A stretch of DNA of 64,000 bases from a virus (lineage: Duplodnaviria > Caudoviricetes), in the IMG/VR virus record IMGVR_UViG_3300021256_000002, positions 128,001 to 192,000 of that record; one strand, given 5' to 3'. How positions within the stretch are numbered: position 1 is the first letter of the stretch; each line of letters opens with the position of its first letter. This document shows, piece after piece, positions 48,221-57,427 of this stretch. Under the pieces are notes generated by a model, which saw nothing but the letters and a program-made list of their open reading frames with translations, was not told the DNA's origin and searched no databases. The translations under genes were made by a program, and so were the position numbers.

Positions 48221-49060
48221 TTAGTTTATCCCAGGGATAGAATCCATCGAATCTGATGTCATCAGTGATGCAAGATCCTGCATACTGGATGGACTAGAAG
48301 ATACCGTGTTACTAGCCAAATCCGGCTGAGACGGTGTACTGCTCTTCCACGCATCTGCGCTGAAGTTACCTCCACCATTGTAGTTGTTGCCTCCCTGCTG
48401 ACCATTGTTAACAGGAACGCCAAGTTTACCAGCGATAGAACGGATAATATGGAAGTTATCGTTCTGACGGAATCTCTCGAAATAACGTTCGAAATGAGCG
48501 TTTGCGCCGATAAGTGCTGCGGCAGCATGTTCAAAGAACTCAGCCAGTACATATGCGCCATAACGATAATCCTCTAACGCATCAGATTCGCCTGTTTCCG
48601 GGTCATATTTGGTAATCGTAATCTTCGGACGGAACTTGAATACGCGACGTTCCATCGCACGTTTCTTCTCATCAAATCCTTTGAAGATTGCGATATACGG
48701 TTCAACTTTACCAGATTCCAATACACCATTGGAAATGCAGAACATTGTGTTCTGACCAGTCTGGATACCAGTAAAGCTGGCTTCAGCCGCTTCGGTCTTC
48801 GGTACAAATTTGTTACGAAGAACCCAAGCTAAATAGAGGCAATCCTCTTTAGAGATTACACAACTAACTCGGTTGTTGTAATCGTACATAGATTTCGGAC
48901 CTCTCTGGTCAGGCGGTTTGATTGGGTACAAAGCGATACTTACAAACGTATTGAAGTACCCAATCTGAGCCATAGACTCAGGCCCATAAAGGTCAATACC
49001 TCTGCTGTTTACGGGTCGGTCACTATTACCATTACCAACCATATTCGGATTAAAAGCCAT
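48221..49060 (-). CDS. Putative single-stranded DNA-binding protein
   Basis: Beta-rich core plus G/N-rich linker and acidic tail; strong SD and codon bias; located in the replication cluster. Confidence 0.35.
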   Translation of the reverse strand: MAFNPNMVGNGNSDRPVNSRGIDLYGPESMAQIGYFNTFVSIALYPIKPPDQRGPKSMYDYNNRVSCVISKEDCLYLAWVLRNKFVPKTEAAEASFTGIQTGQNTMFCISNGVLESGKVEPYIAIFKGFDEKKRAMERRVFKFRPKITITKYDPETGESDALEDYRYGAYVLAEFFEHAAAALIGANAHFERYFERFRQNDNFHIIRSIAGKLGVPVNNGQQGGNNYNGGGNFSADAWKSSTPSQPDLASNTVSSSPSSMQDLASLMTSDSMDSIPGIN

Positions 49061-49091
49061 GTTAATTCCTCCTTATTCTAATAACATAATG

Positions 49092-49532
49092 TTACTTGGC
49101 TTTTGAAATGTTAACTGTCGTAACTACATACTCAACAGATACCGTTGGTTCTGATAAGAAGAATGCTTCGTATAACCAATCTGGTGCTGTCGTTGTATAT
49201 TCACGACGCTGACCAATGACTTCGCATACTTCAGATTCAGGCGATTCTGCTTCGTAATAATTTACAACACCTTTTGTAGTTACGAGTTCTTGACCTCTAA
49301 TAGTTACATAAAAATTCTTTCCATGTTCGCTTGTACGACATTTGGACATTGATTCTGTCATATTGAAGTTAGATACTTTATAAGTCCTACCGGTTGCTAA
49401 TACAGTCAACCCAATCAGAAGACAGCAAATCCCTACAACAACACCAAATGTCATTTTGATATGCTTGGGTTCAGAACGTAATTTAAACCCAGCTACCATG
49501 ATAAATAAACATACCAAACAGCAAACAATCAT
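49092..49532 (-). CDS. Membrane protein
   Basis: Two N-terminal TM helices; early motif 49609-49624. Confidence 0.6.
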   Translation of the reverse strand: MIVCCLVCLFIMVAGFKLRSEPKHIKMTFGVVVGICCLLIGLTVLATGRTYKVSNFNMTESMSKCRTSEHGKNFYVTIRGQELVTTKGVVNYYEAESPESEVCEVIGQRREYTTTAPDWLYEAFFLSEPTVSVEYVVTTVNISKAK

Positions 49533-49688
49533 TTTATAAATTCCCCCTTATACCATATGAAATTATCTAAATAAACTTCTACATCAATTTCACCTCTTTT
49601 CTCATGACTATAATATATACTTGACTTGTGTTTTGACAAATCAAGACGGTATGAAAGCGGCTACCATATGGTAGCCGCATATAAAGCG

Positions 49689-50219
49689 TTAATTCAAAAC
49701 ATCACTAATTAACCTTTTATTGTAATCATCTGTATTACGTAATAAAATTCTTATTGCAGCATTAAACATATTTCCTATAAAATCAATGTCTTTAAAGTCT
49801 TTAGTTTTCATTATTGATTTAATATTGATTAGTAAACTGTGCAAGCGCTTTTTATCGATTATCCCACCGTCCTTAACTGTAAACGGTGAATTAATAACCA
49901 ACTCAAATACAATAAGCTTTACTACGTTTAAGGTAATCATTTTACCTTTAGTCAATAAGGTATTAACCTTTTCAGGTGCATTTAATCCCATTGCAAGATA
50001 CCCATAATAATCCATCATCAAGAGAACGTACTTAGCCACGGCATCTTTTACAATCCCATCTATCAGGAAATACTCTCCATCGTTCAATCTAGTTAGTTTG
50101 ATATCACCCGATATCATGGGTATTATCGAATCAAATTGAATCTCATACCCAATTCGATATTGGGGTTTGTAGAAATTACTATATACACCTTTTTCAATTT
50201 CTTCTTCCGTGAATCCCAT
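49689..50219 (-). CDS. Hypothetical protein
   Basis: 176 aa, GAGGTG SD. Confidence 0.6.
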   Translation of the reverse strand: MGFTEEEIEKGVYSNFYKPQYRIGYEIQFDSIIPMISGDIKLTRLNDGEYFLIDGIVKDAVAKYVLLMMDYYGYLAMGLNAPEKVNTLLTKGKMITLNVVKLIVFELVINSPFTVKDGGIIDKKRLHSLLINIKSIMKTKDFKDIDFIGNMFNAAIRILLRNTDDYNKRLISDVLN

Positions 50220-50230
50220 AATATATCACC

Positions 50231-51271
50231 TCATACATTTGTTTTGTCAAATATCCTAAAGAATTCAATGACCGCTTCGTAGAATGATAATCTTTCACTA
50301 TCGGATATGTTTGACTTTGTTTTAGCTGAAAGAGTATGCCTAGTCATGCTATATAATTGAATTGCATATCCATCTGATACAGAAAGGTCTTTTCCCATAA
50401 TGATATTTTTCAAACCAATTTTCTTAAATGTATGAGTAAGTTTTTCTTCTGGTGGGATACCATGAGTAACATATCGTACATAAAGTTCAATACCAAGACA
50501 ACGGATGATACAATCCTGAATGATATTCAATCTGTGAATTGTTACTTCACTACTAATGATTTCAATATCATGATTGAATCTAATAGGTAATACAGATTCA
50601 AGTGATTCGCAGAATGTTGTTGGCATTGCAAGATATGAGAAATCTACTCTAGGTAAACTCGCTAAGTATGGATTGAAGAACATTGAGATTGCTTGATTCT
50701 CAGATAATTTCAATTCTCCTATAATGTTCTGATCGTTGATAATATACCCTTCCAATCGTCTTTTATCAGATGATTTTATTTTAATAAATACCTTGGTAAA
50801 TTTATTCGTTTCAGGAAAATCAGCTTTAAGGTTTGCTGGATAGCACAAATCACCACAAACCGACCATAATCTGCCTAGTGCGAATTCAGCGATATCTACA
50901 TACCCCATGTTTTCAGCATACACAGCCTCGTCTGATTTTATAGGGTTATAGATATTGATTTGCTTACATAAGTTCATATCTTTATCGAACTGGTGCTCAC
51001 ACATCATCTTACATTCTGGGCAAGTGTAGATACGGATATTGATGAAATCCGTATTTGATGTATAAATCGTCCTTAGTTTAGTCCCACATTTAGGGCAATT
51101 TAAAAGGTCATCCTTTGTTTCTTTATCTAGTAAAGTATCCTCAGTCGCATTATCCTCAGGATTAGATAAAGTATTAACTGGATGGTCTGGTGTTGGAACT
51201 GGGTCTGACTTTTTACTACCAAATAAAAATGAAATAGTATCTTTTAAAGCTTCGCCAAGTGTAATACCCAT
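50231..51271 (-). CDS. Zn-ribbon-containing hypothetical protein
   Basis: CPKC...CPEC; late motif on minus strand at 51364-51375. Confidence 0.55.
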   Translation of the reverse strand: MGITLGEALKDTISFLFGSKKSDPVPTPDHPVNTLSNPEDNATEDTLLDKETKDDLLNCPKCGTKLRTIYTSNTDFINIRIYTCPECKMMCEHQFDKDMNLCKQINIYNPIKSDEAVYAENMGYVDIAEFALGRLWSVCGDLCYPANLKADFPETNKFTKVFIKIKSSDKRRLEGYIINDQNIIGELKLSENQAISMFFNPYLASLPRVDFSYLAMPTTFCESLESVLPIRFNHDIEIISSEVTIHRLNIIQDCIIRCLGIELYVRYVTHGIPPEEKLTHTFKKIGLKNIIMGKDLSVSDGYAIQLYSMTRHTLSAKTKSNISDSERLSFYEAVIEFFRIFDKTNV

Positions 51272-51436
51272 TATATATCACCTCAGTTGTAAAAAAAGAA
51301 TCCGTGTCTATATAGACACGGATTTGTTCAAAAAAGCAGCAAATAAATCAACAAGTAGTGAATTACTATTATGTTAGTCGCATTAAAAGAAAATACCATG
51401 GATTGAACCACGGTATTTTCTTTTTGAGTGTTCATC

Positions 51437-52597
51437 TTACTGACGATAAGAACCCATGATGGAATCAAGGTCAAACTCAACTTTCTGAGTCTTCTTCACC
51501 TTGTTACCATCGTACTTCTCAAGGATTTCATCCATGGAAGACAACTTCGTTGTTTCAGGGCGTTTTACAATAGCAGCATCCGCTTTCTTAATACGGTCAC
51601 GGATTTCGTTGATACGATTTTCTGGAGCGCTCATACCGCTGAGAATAATACTCAGACGGTTGCCCTCACTATCGTCTTCATTTACAGCGAAATGACGGAA
51701 ATCTTCTGTCGGTTCACCAAACGTCTGACGAATCTTCGGAAGGTTCTCATCGAAGTACTGATGAAGTCCCGGCTCTAAGCAGCTAATGAAGCCCATGTAT
51801 TTCACCACATGATTGCGATCAGGCTTCACGCAGCAATTCTCTTTGTTGATGTGATCGATGATAACATCTTCCAGAGTACCATCAACAGGAACTGAGCCTT
51901 CATGGAAATCCTGAATCGTGTCGATGAAAATCATACCCGGAGTCGTGATGATTTTACGAGTATCATTTTCGTCTATCATGCTGTACTTAGAAGAGAACGA
52001 ATAGTCTCCGCGAATCACACGAAGAGCTTCAACCACTTCATTATTCACAGTTTCGTTTACTTCAACCATCGAGCCTTTAACACGGTTGTTGTCAAAGAGC
52101 ATATAACGACGATCTGGACGAAGTTCAATCAACTGCTCCAGATAGTCTTTCGTGTTACGCTGTGCCCCGATGGATTCGCCGATAGACGGAAGTACGCCGA
52201 TATTGATGAACATCTTCTTCTCATCATCACGTTCAATTTTGGAATTGTATACGTGGTCGAGAATATCAGCCAGCATCGGTGCCGTACCAGAACCAGTACC
52301 ACCACCAGTAGAAGTGATGATACAAATCAAATCGTTGTTTTCAACGACGTTCTTCAAGAACTTTTCCTGAAGAACACTTTCGATATTCCGCTGCAAGTAA
52401 TCATTTGCAAGGTCACGATTTTTCCCAGCACCACTGGTCGTACCAAATACGATTGCAGGGAACTTGTCATCATTTACAGCATCAATGTCACGCTGTGAAG
52501 AATTCATAATCACTGCCGGAAACTGAGCGGTTTTGTTTGCCAATACAGCAATCTGGGAACCACAACTCCCAATACCAATAACACCAACTTTTATCAT
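51437..52597 (-). CDS. Tubulin/FtsZ-family GTPase (PhuZ/TubZ-like)
   Basis: GIGSCG, GAGKN, GGGTGSG tubulin signature, IDEND T7 loop; true start 52597 (SD aaaggaggg; late motif gaca-acccag-ta at 52643-52654). Confidence 0.9.
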   Translation of the reverse strand: MIKVGVIGIGSCGSQIAVLANKTAQFPAVIMNSSQRDIDAVNDDKFPAIVFGTTSGAGKNRDLANDYLQRNIESVLQEKFLKNVVENNDLICIITSTGGGTGSGTAPMLADILDHVYNSKIERDDEKKMFINIGVLPSIGESIGAQRNTKDYLEQLIELRPDRRYMLFDNNRVKGSMVEVNETVNNEVVEALRVIRGDYSFSSKYSMIDENDTRKIITTPGMIFIDTIQDFHEGSVPVDGTLEDVIIDHINKENCCVKPDRNHVVKYMGFISCLEPGLHQYFDENLPKIRQTFGEPTEDFRHFAVNEDDSEGNRLSIILSGMSAPENRINEIRDRIKKADAAIVKRPETTKLSSMDEILEKYDGNKVKKTQKVEFDLDSIMGSYRQ

Positions 52598-52661
52598 TCG
52601 GACTTTCCCTCCTTTATTTCTGTTGAAATTGTTAAAGTGTCCTACTGGGTTGTCCCAAACA

Positions 52662-52976
52662 TTAGTGTCGTACATATGCTGATTCTCCTTCCATATACCA
52701 TATAACTTCCCGTCGTATTGTTTTATTCGACTTAGAAAGACGAAATTTGCGCGGATTACCTTTGATATATTCCTTACCATGTTCAATAGATTCCGTAATC
52801 GATTTCAGATGATCATATATAGGTTCTGCAATCGACTTACCGTTAGAATCTAAAATGTGTTTAGCACTTAGTAACCATGAAATATGCCTACCACGCATAG
52901 TAAGACGACACCATACGTTATTATGATGGCGTCTCATAATTGAAACAGATTTTTTCATTTGGATTTTTCTTAACAT
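52662..52976 (-). CDS. Small basic hypothetical protein
   Basis: AGGAGG SD before ATG 52976; 104 aa. Confidence 0.55.
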   Translation of the reverse strand: MLRKIQMKKSVSIMRRHHNNVWCRLTMRGRHISWLLSAKHILDSNGKSIAEPIYDHLKSITESIEHGKEYIKGNPRKFRLSKSNKTIRREVIWYMEGESAYVRH

Positions 52977-53046
52977 AATTTTCCTCCTATTAATTTCTAA
53001 TACTAGATAACAATAATGTAATCCATCTAGATGAAATGACTGTAGT

Positions 53047-53142
53047 CTAGCTGGAAGAATTTAGAGAGAAGCCTAGTGTTTCTTCTCGGAATTCTGCGCG
53101 TGGTGCAATGGCCGCACCACGCGTGTTGTTTGCCCTTTGCAT
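53047..53142 (-). other. Structured early leader with a 31-codon uORF (possible small RNA)
   Basis: Early motif 53172-53187, SD gaaaggaggtg, ORF MQRANNTRGAAIAPRAEFREETLGFSLNSSS containing a 10-bp GC stem (53097-53123). Confidence 0.4.
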
Positions 53143-53249
53143 ACCAGATTCACCTCCTTTCATACTCTAAGATAATATATATTTGAAATCAATATTGAGA
53201 TTTTCTATTATCCGTGACAAAATCCTAACATAAGAAAGGGTGGTTTTAA

Positions 53250-54845
53250 ATGAAGCTTATTCTTTTAGATACAGAAAAATTCTGTCGATTGAATATGCTG
53301 AAAGAAGTAACCAATCCAATTGTACTTGATAGAGGATATACTCCTACATCAGATGGGCTTCTTTCAACATATATTTTTGGCACTTCAACCAAAGATAGAA
53401 AATCTACTTTTGCATATATTGATCTTCATTGCCATGTATTCCATCCGGTAATATATAAGTATATTCGTAGAATGGATAATCGTGTTGAAGGGATAATTGC
53501 TGGTAGAATACGTGTACGTATCGACTCAAAGACTGGGTATTTGATAACTGATGAAGAAGGTAGTACAGGAATTGATTTCCTATACAATAACTGGAACAAA
53601 ATCAAATGGCCTAAGAATGAATCGAAGATGAGATCCGATACGATTGACCTTCTTGCAGCGTATACGAGAAATGAAATTTTCATGAGTAAGCAAATCGTAT
53701 GTCCTGCATTCTATCGAGATGTAAATCTTCAGTCTTCTAAATCTGGTAGACCATCTATTCATAAAATCAACCGTCCGTATTCAAAGCTCATCCAGCTTGC
53801 TGGTACTTTGGATAATGGTGATTTTGCATTCAATTTGAACTATACTAAGTTCATGATACAGAAAACTACGATAGAGATATACGACTACTTCAAGAATCGT
53901 ATAGAGAAAAAACGTGGTTTGATAAAGCAGAATCTTCTGGGTAAGTCAACTGACTACGGTGCTCGTTTGGTAATTACCAATGAAGAGTTCATCTACAATT
54001 CAGTTGAAGAAATGCCGACATCATTCTACAAAACAGGCGTACCTGTTTCGTATTGTATGGCAATGGCAGCACCATTCTTCACTGGATGGATTCAGAATTT
54101 CTTCATTAGGGAATTTGAAGATTACCAATACAAATATCCGGGTTATGATGTAGAAAATAAAAAACCTATATACGTAGAACTTGAAGATCCTAGGATACAA
54201 TTCTCTGATGAGGTTGTACATGAGATGATGGAAGAATACTTACACTCATATGAGCACAGATTCGATCCAATATATCTCAAAACCAAAGATAAGAGATTTC
54301 CTAAGATAACTTTCCGTTTCAAAGGATACAGTGTAGCGGATTCTGAATTCGATCCTCATGACCCAGAGAAATTGTTGAGTCAGCGACCATTTACTTTAAC
54401 TGACTTAATGTACTTAGCTGCTGTTAATATATGTGAAGATAAACACATATATATCACTCGCTATCCGATGTCTGACCATTTAGGTATCTTCCCTTGCGGT
54501 ATAGCGGTATTATCAACTACGGTAACAGAAAAAATGATGATAGACGGAAAAGAATATCCGTTCTACCCAAAAGTTGAAGTTGGAAAAAGCTCTGCAAATG
54601 CATTTAAAGAAGTCTTAACTCTGTCTAATTGTTACTTAAAAGCACTCGGCGGCGACTATGATGGCGACCAAATCACTGGTAAAATAGTATTCTCACAAGA
54701 GGCTAATGCAGAGGCTGAAAGAATCATGCGGTCGTTTACGAATGTACTCGGAATTGATGGTGGTTGCATCAGAAAGACTGAGATTGAAGGCATTCAGACG
54801 TTATACTGCATGAGTCGTTGGAAAAATCCAAACGAAAAATTTTAA
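53250..54845 (+). CDS. RNA polymerase beta' N-terminal catalytic subunit (probably virion RNAP)
   Basis: GLLSTYIFG, KQNLLGKSTDYGARLVI, TRYP and catalytic GGDYDGDQ; late motif gaca-aaatcc-ta at 53216-53227. Confidence 0.92.
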   Translation: MKLILLDTEKFCRLNMLKEVTNPIVLDRGYTPTSDGLLSTYIFGTSTKDRKSTFAYIDLHCHVFHPVIYKYIRRMDNRVEGIIAGRIRVRIDSKTGYLITDEEGSTGIDFLYNNWNKIKWPKNESKMRSDTIDLLAAYTRNEIFMSKQIVCPAFYRDVNLQSSKSGRPSIHKINRPYSKLIQLAGTLDNGDFAFNLNYTKFMIQKTTIEIYDYFKNRIEKKRGLIKQNLLGKSTDYGARLVITNEEFIYNSVEEMPTSFYKTGVPVSYCMAMAAPFFTGWIQNFFIREFEDYQYKYPGYDVENKKPIYVELEDPRIQFSDEVVHEMMEEYLHSYEHRFDPIYLKTKDKRFPKITFRFKGYSVADSEFDPHDPEKLLSQRPFTLTDLMYLAAVNICEDKHIYITRYPMSDHLGIFPCGIAVLSTTVTEKMMIDGKEYPFYPKVEVGKSSANAFKEVLTLSNCYLKALGGDYDGDQITGKIVFSQEANAEAERIMRSFTNVLGIDGGCIRKTEIEGIQTLYCMSRWKNPNEKF

Positions 54846-54853
54846 AATAATAA

Positions 54854-54885
54854 GGTATGATTGCATATGCAATCATACCGTTTTT
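54854..54885 (+). terminator. Intrinsic terminator
   Basis: ggtatgattgc-atat-gcaatcatacc followed by gttttt. Confidence 0.75.
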
Positions 54886-54894
54886 ACTCAGTTA

Positions 54895-54944
54895 ATCCTC
54901 CTTTCAAATATATATTATATCTGTATCATACAAGAAAGGAGGAT
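54895..54944 (+). promoter_or_regulatory. SD/anti-SD hairpin enclosing an early promoter (cassette B)
   Basis: atcctcctttc (54895-54905) pairs with gaaaggaggat (54934-54944); TTCAAATATATATTATA at 54903-54919. Confidence 0.75.
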
Positions 54945-54951
54945 GGTTCAA

Positions 54952-55125
54952 ATGAGTGCTGATATTCTCAGCATTTCTCAGATCCAGGATTTGGTATCTG
55001 AGTTGACCTTTGCTAAAGGTCCAATCGCCGCTAAAGATTGGATTTTGACGCATATCCAGAATGGATATAAGCAGTCTGTTGCAATGGCGACCCTGATGTC
55101 AACTTGGATCGCCTTAACTTCATAG
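54952..55125 (+). CDS. 57-aa peptide, AK(D/E)WIL family copy B
   Basis: GPIAAKDWILTHI identical to copy A; ATG 54952 at normal SD spacing. Confidence 0.8.
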   Translation: MSADILSISQIQDLVSELTFAKGPIAAKDWILTHIQNGYKQSVAMATLMSTWIALTS

Positions 55126-55148
55126 CCAATTATGAAGTTAAACCTAAG

Positions 55149-55188
55149 AGGAGTAGCCGAAGCAACGCTCCTCTTTACTTTTTTGTTA
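55149..55188. repeat. Conserved 3' element (cassette B)
   Basis: aggagtagccgaagcaacgctcctctttacttttttgtta. Confidence 0.8.
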
Positions 55189-55207
55189 ATATATTGAAAA
55201 ATTAAAC

Positions 55208-55253
55208 CCTCCTTTCAAGTATATATTATATCTATATCATACAAGAAAGGAGG
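55208..55253 (+). promoter_or_regulatory. SD/anti-SD hairpin enclosing an early promoter (cassette C)
   Basis: cctcctttc (55208-55216) pairs with gaaaggagg (55245-55253); TTCAAGTATATATTATA at 55214-55230. Confidence 0.7.
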
Positions 55254-55261
55254 TGAGTCCA

Positions 55262-55432
55262 ATGAGTAGTTGCCTTAGTGCAGTAAATTGTAGGGAATTC
55301 GTATTTGCTCTTATCCAGCAATATGGTCATAGAGCAAAGGAATGGATTCTTGATAACATTCCTCCAGGATACTATCAAGCATTAGCCCTGCATGATTATG
55401 CTGACTACTATTGGTATACTATGGGTAAATAA
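55262..55432 (+). CDS. 56-aa peptide, AK(D/E)WIL family copy C (absent from ORF track)
   Basis: MSSCLSAVNCREFVFALIQQYGHRAKEWILDNIPPGYYQALALHDYADYYWYTMGK; same cassette architecture as A and B. Confidence 0.75.
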   Translation: MSSCLSAVNCREFVFALIQQYGHRAKEWILDNIPPGYYQALALHDYADYYWYTMGK

Positions 55433-55454
55433 CTCGTTGGTATAACCATGGAAG

Positions 55455-55494
55455 AGGAGTAGCCGAAGCAACGCTCCTCTTTACTTTTTTGTTA
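55455..55494. repeat. Conserved 3' element (cassette C)
   Basis: aggagtagccgaagcaacgctcctctttacttttttgtta, identical to copy B. Confidence 0.8.
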
Positions 55495-55544
55495 GTGTAG
55501 ATAATTAAGTAAATGAAATCATATACTAAAGGAGATGTTTAATC

Positions 55545-55766
55545 ATGGATAAACCGATTTGTGAATGCTGTAATACTGACAAATTCATCGTTCAGCGTCG
55601 TGGTGGTGGATATAGATGTGAGCGATGCAAAACCATATGGAACGAAAGAGGTGCACTTATAGGTCCTCAAAGTACTAAAGCGTGTCGTCAACCTTCTGGA
55701 TTAGATTATATCATAAGTGAGTATTCGTATCAAAGTACCGTGTCATATGGCACAAAGTTAGCTTAA
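55545..55766 (+). CDS. Small Zn-ribbon protein
   Basis: CECC...CERC; AAGGAG SD. Confidence 0.55.
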   Translation: MDKPICECCNTDKFIVQRRGGGYRCERCKTIWNERGALIGPQSTKACRQPSGLDYIISEYSYQSTVSYGTKLA

Positions 55767-55892
55767 TAATAAAGAGAGAATAGAGAATGAATCTCTATTC
55801 TCTCTAATATTCCAAAATAAATTTCAAATATATAATATATACAGGTAAGCCAATTAAACTAAAGTGTTTTAAAGAAGAAAGGACTGGTTTTT

Positions 55893-56186
55893 ATGCTAAC
55901 TGCAAAAGAAGCATTTGAAAAACTTAAAGAGGTGCGTAAGCTTGAAAAGGAAAAAGGCGAAAAACGAATCGCTGAAATGGTTCAGGCCGAAGTTAAAAAT
56001 GTTGAAAAAGACATTGAAGGGGCAATTGCAATGTCTCGGCCGAATCTCACGTACACGTTCGTTGAACGCAACCGTACGATTCAAATGCGAGTCGTTCTCT
56101 TGTTAGAAGAGTTTGGCTATAGCGTAGATTTCGTTAAAGATTCATCCTCTATTACCATTGGATGGACTGATATGGTCGAACTGTAA
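55893..56186 (+). CDS. Early hypothetical protein
   Basis: Early motif 55823-55839; terminator ~56201-56235. Confidence 0.65.
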   Translation: MLTAKEAFEKLKEVRKLEKEKGEKRIAEMVQAEVKNVEKDIEGAIAMSRPNLTYTFVERNRTIQMRVVLLLEEFGYSVDFVKDSSSITIGWTDMVEL

Positions 56187-56249
56187 TCCATAGCGCAAAC
56201 AAAAGAAACGAGAGTTATTCGCTCTCGTTTCTTTTCTTCTTATGACGTA

Positions 56250-56552
56250 TCAATTTCTTTTGCTCTTGATATTTTCTATCGTAGAATAATACTTAGTGGG
56301 TAATGGGAACATTGTAATCAAGACAACTCCTCTGAACAGAAAGACCTGATGGTTGTAGATTCGGATGTTGTTTGCTTTCCGATATTTAAGATAAATTCCA
56401 TCTATATATCTGCATAATGAGCCAGATAACTCTGCATGGGTAATCCCATACATAAAAGCTTTTTCAGCCAATCTTTCAGAAGAACGCTTATTGATCCCTG
56501 CCCTAGATTTAATACGTCGTTTTGCATGCCGTGTTACAATCAAATCAACCAC
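56250..56552 (-). CDS. Small basic protein, possible BECR/RelE-like RNase fold
   Basis: IVTRHAKRRIKSR N-terminus and beta-rich C-terminus ending LITMF; late motif on minus strand at 56580-56591. Confidence 0.35.
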   Translation of the reverse strand: MVDLIVTRHAKRRIKSRAGINKRSSERLAEKAFMYGITHAELSGSLCRYIDGIYLKYRKANNIRIYNHQVFLFRGVVLITMFPLPTKYYSTIENIKSKRN

Positions 56553-56650
56553 CTTCTTATTTGATTTTATATATTAATTTACTTTCTTGTGATAGAAATT
56601 ATAACATAGAAATTGTAACGAAGAATTTATCTTCGTTACAATTCTCTTTA

Positions 56651-57427
56651 TCAAACAAAAACACAACTCAGACGGGTAAGCCCACTCTCTTTCTGGGACC
56701 AAGCGTTAAGGAGTTCAGCACGTTCAGCTGAAGCATTTTCCCATCTATTGACGAATAACTGCATATCAGCAAGTGCAGTAGGAGTCCCATCTTCGAATTT
56801 CAGAGTTTCATATAAGAATTGCTGTAAATCAAGTAAAGCTAACTTCGAGAAAGCTTTTCTATATTTACGAGGAATATCGAATGCCTCCGCTGAATATGAA
56901 ATCTCTAAAGTCAAAATTACTCTATCACGATAATAGTACCCAGTACTCAATCTGAATCTATTTGGTTCGATGAATTCAGTTATTACTGGAGGTTCAATTA
57001 CAGATGCTAAGTTAGCAGCGCCTTGTGCAACTGCCAACGCCTGATATGATTCAATTGTTTCGTATGTGGATGACAAAGCTTGATACCTCATATCATTATA
57101 CGGGTCAAGACTTTGAATACCTACAATGAATCTATCAGATTCTGGAGGGAATATCGGAGGGATTTCATATATATCCGATTGATCTCCTTGAAAAGCATCT
57201 CTATCATGAGGAACACGAATTTGATTCAAATCCACAGGAATTTTCATTTCTTTTGGAAAGTACGTTGAGAATGTTGGAATAGTTGAAGTCTTGATAACTT
57301 CATCATATATCTGTTCCATACTATAAGGAGTTGGTAAACGATGAAAACCAGTTTTAGTACGAAGTTGCTTCATCAGACTGGTTTTATCGTTAAACATAAA
57401 ACCGCCATCATGTGCCATGTTTACCAC
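56651..57427 (-). CDS. Putative head-completion/neck protein
   Basis: Coupled to the prohead protease gene; ~255 aa. Confidence 0.4.
   Translation of the reverse strand: MVNMAHDGGFMFNDKTSLMKQLRTKTGFHRLPTPYSMEQIYDEVIKTSTIPTFSTYFPKEMKIPVDLNQIRVPHDRDAFQGDQSDIYEIPPIFPPESDRFIVGIQSLDPYNDMRYQALSSTYETIESYQALAVAQGAANLASVIEPPVITEFIEPNRFRLSTGYYYRDRVILTLEISYSAEAFDIPRKYRKAFSKLALLDLQQFLYETLKFEDGTPTALADMQLFVNRWENASAERAELLNAWSQKESGLTRLSCVFV

Noticed and set aside
49579-49597. SD followed by ATG-TAG start-stop after an early promoter
   Set aside because: Not in frame with 49532 and single-copy; cannot be distinguished from decay or chance
52598-52786. 63-aa N-terminal extension of the tubulin ORF
   Set aside because: It overlaps gene 52662-52976, and an SD and late promoter lie inside it, so the start is 52597
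55149-55494. Mini-CRISPR array formed by the 40-nt repeats
   Set aside because: The repeats are ~300 bp apart and separated by promoter-plus-ORF units, not 30-40 nt spacers; no cas genes
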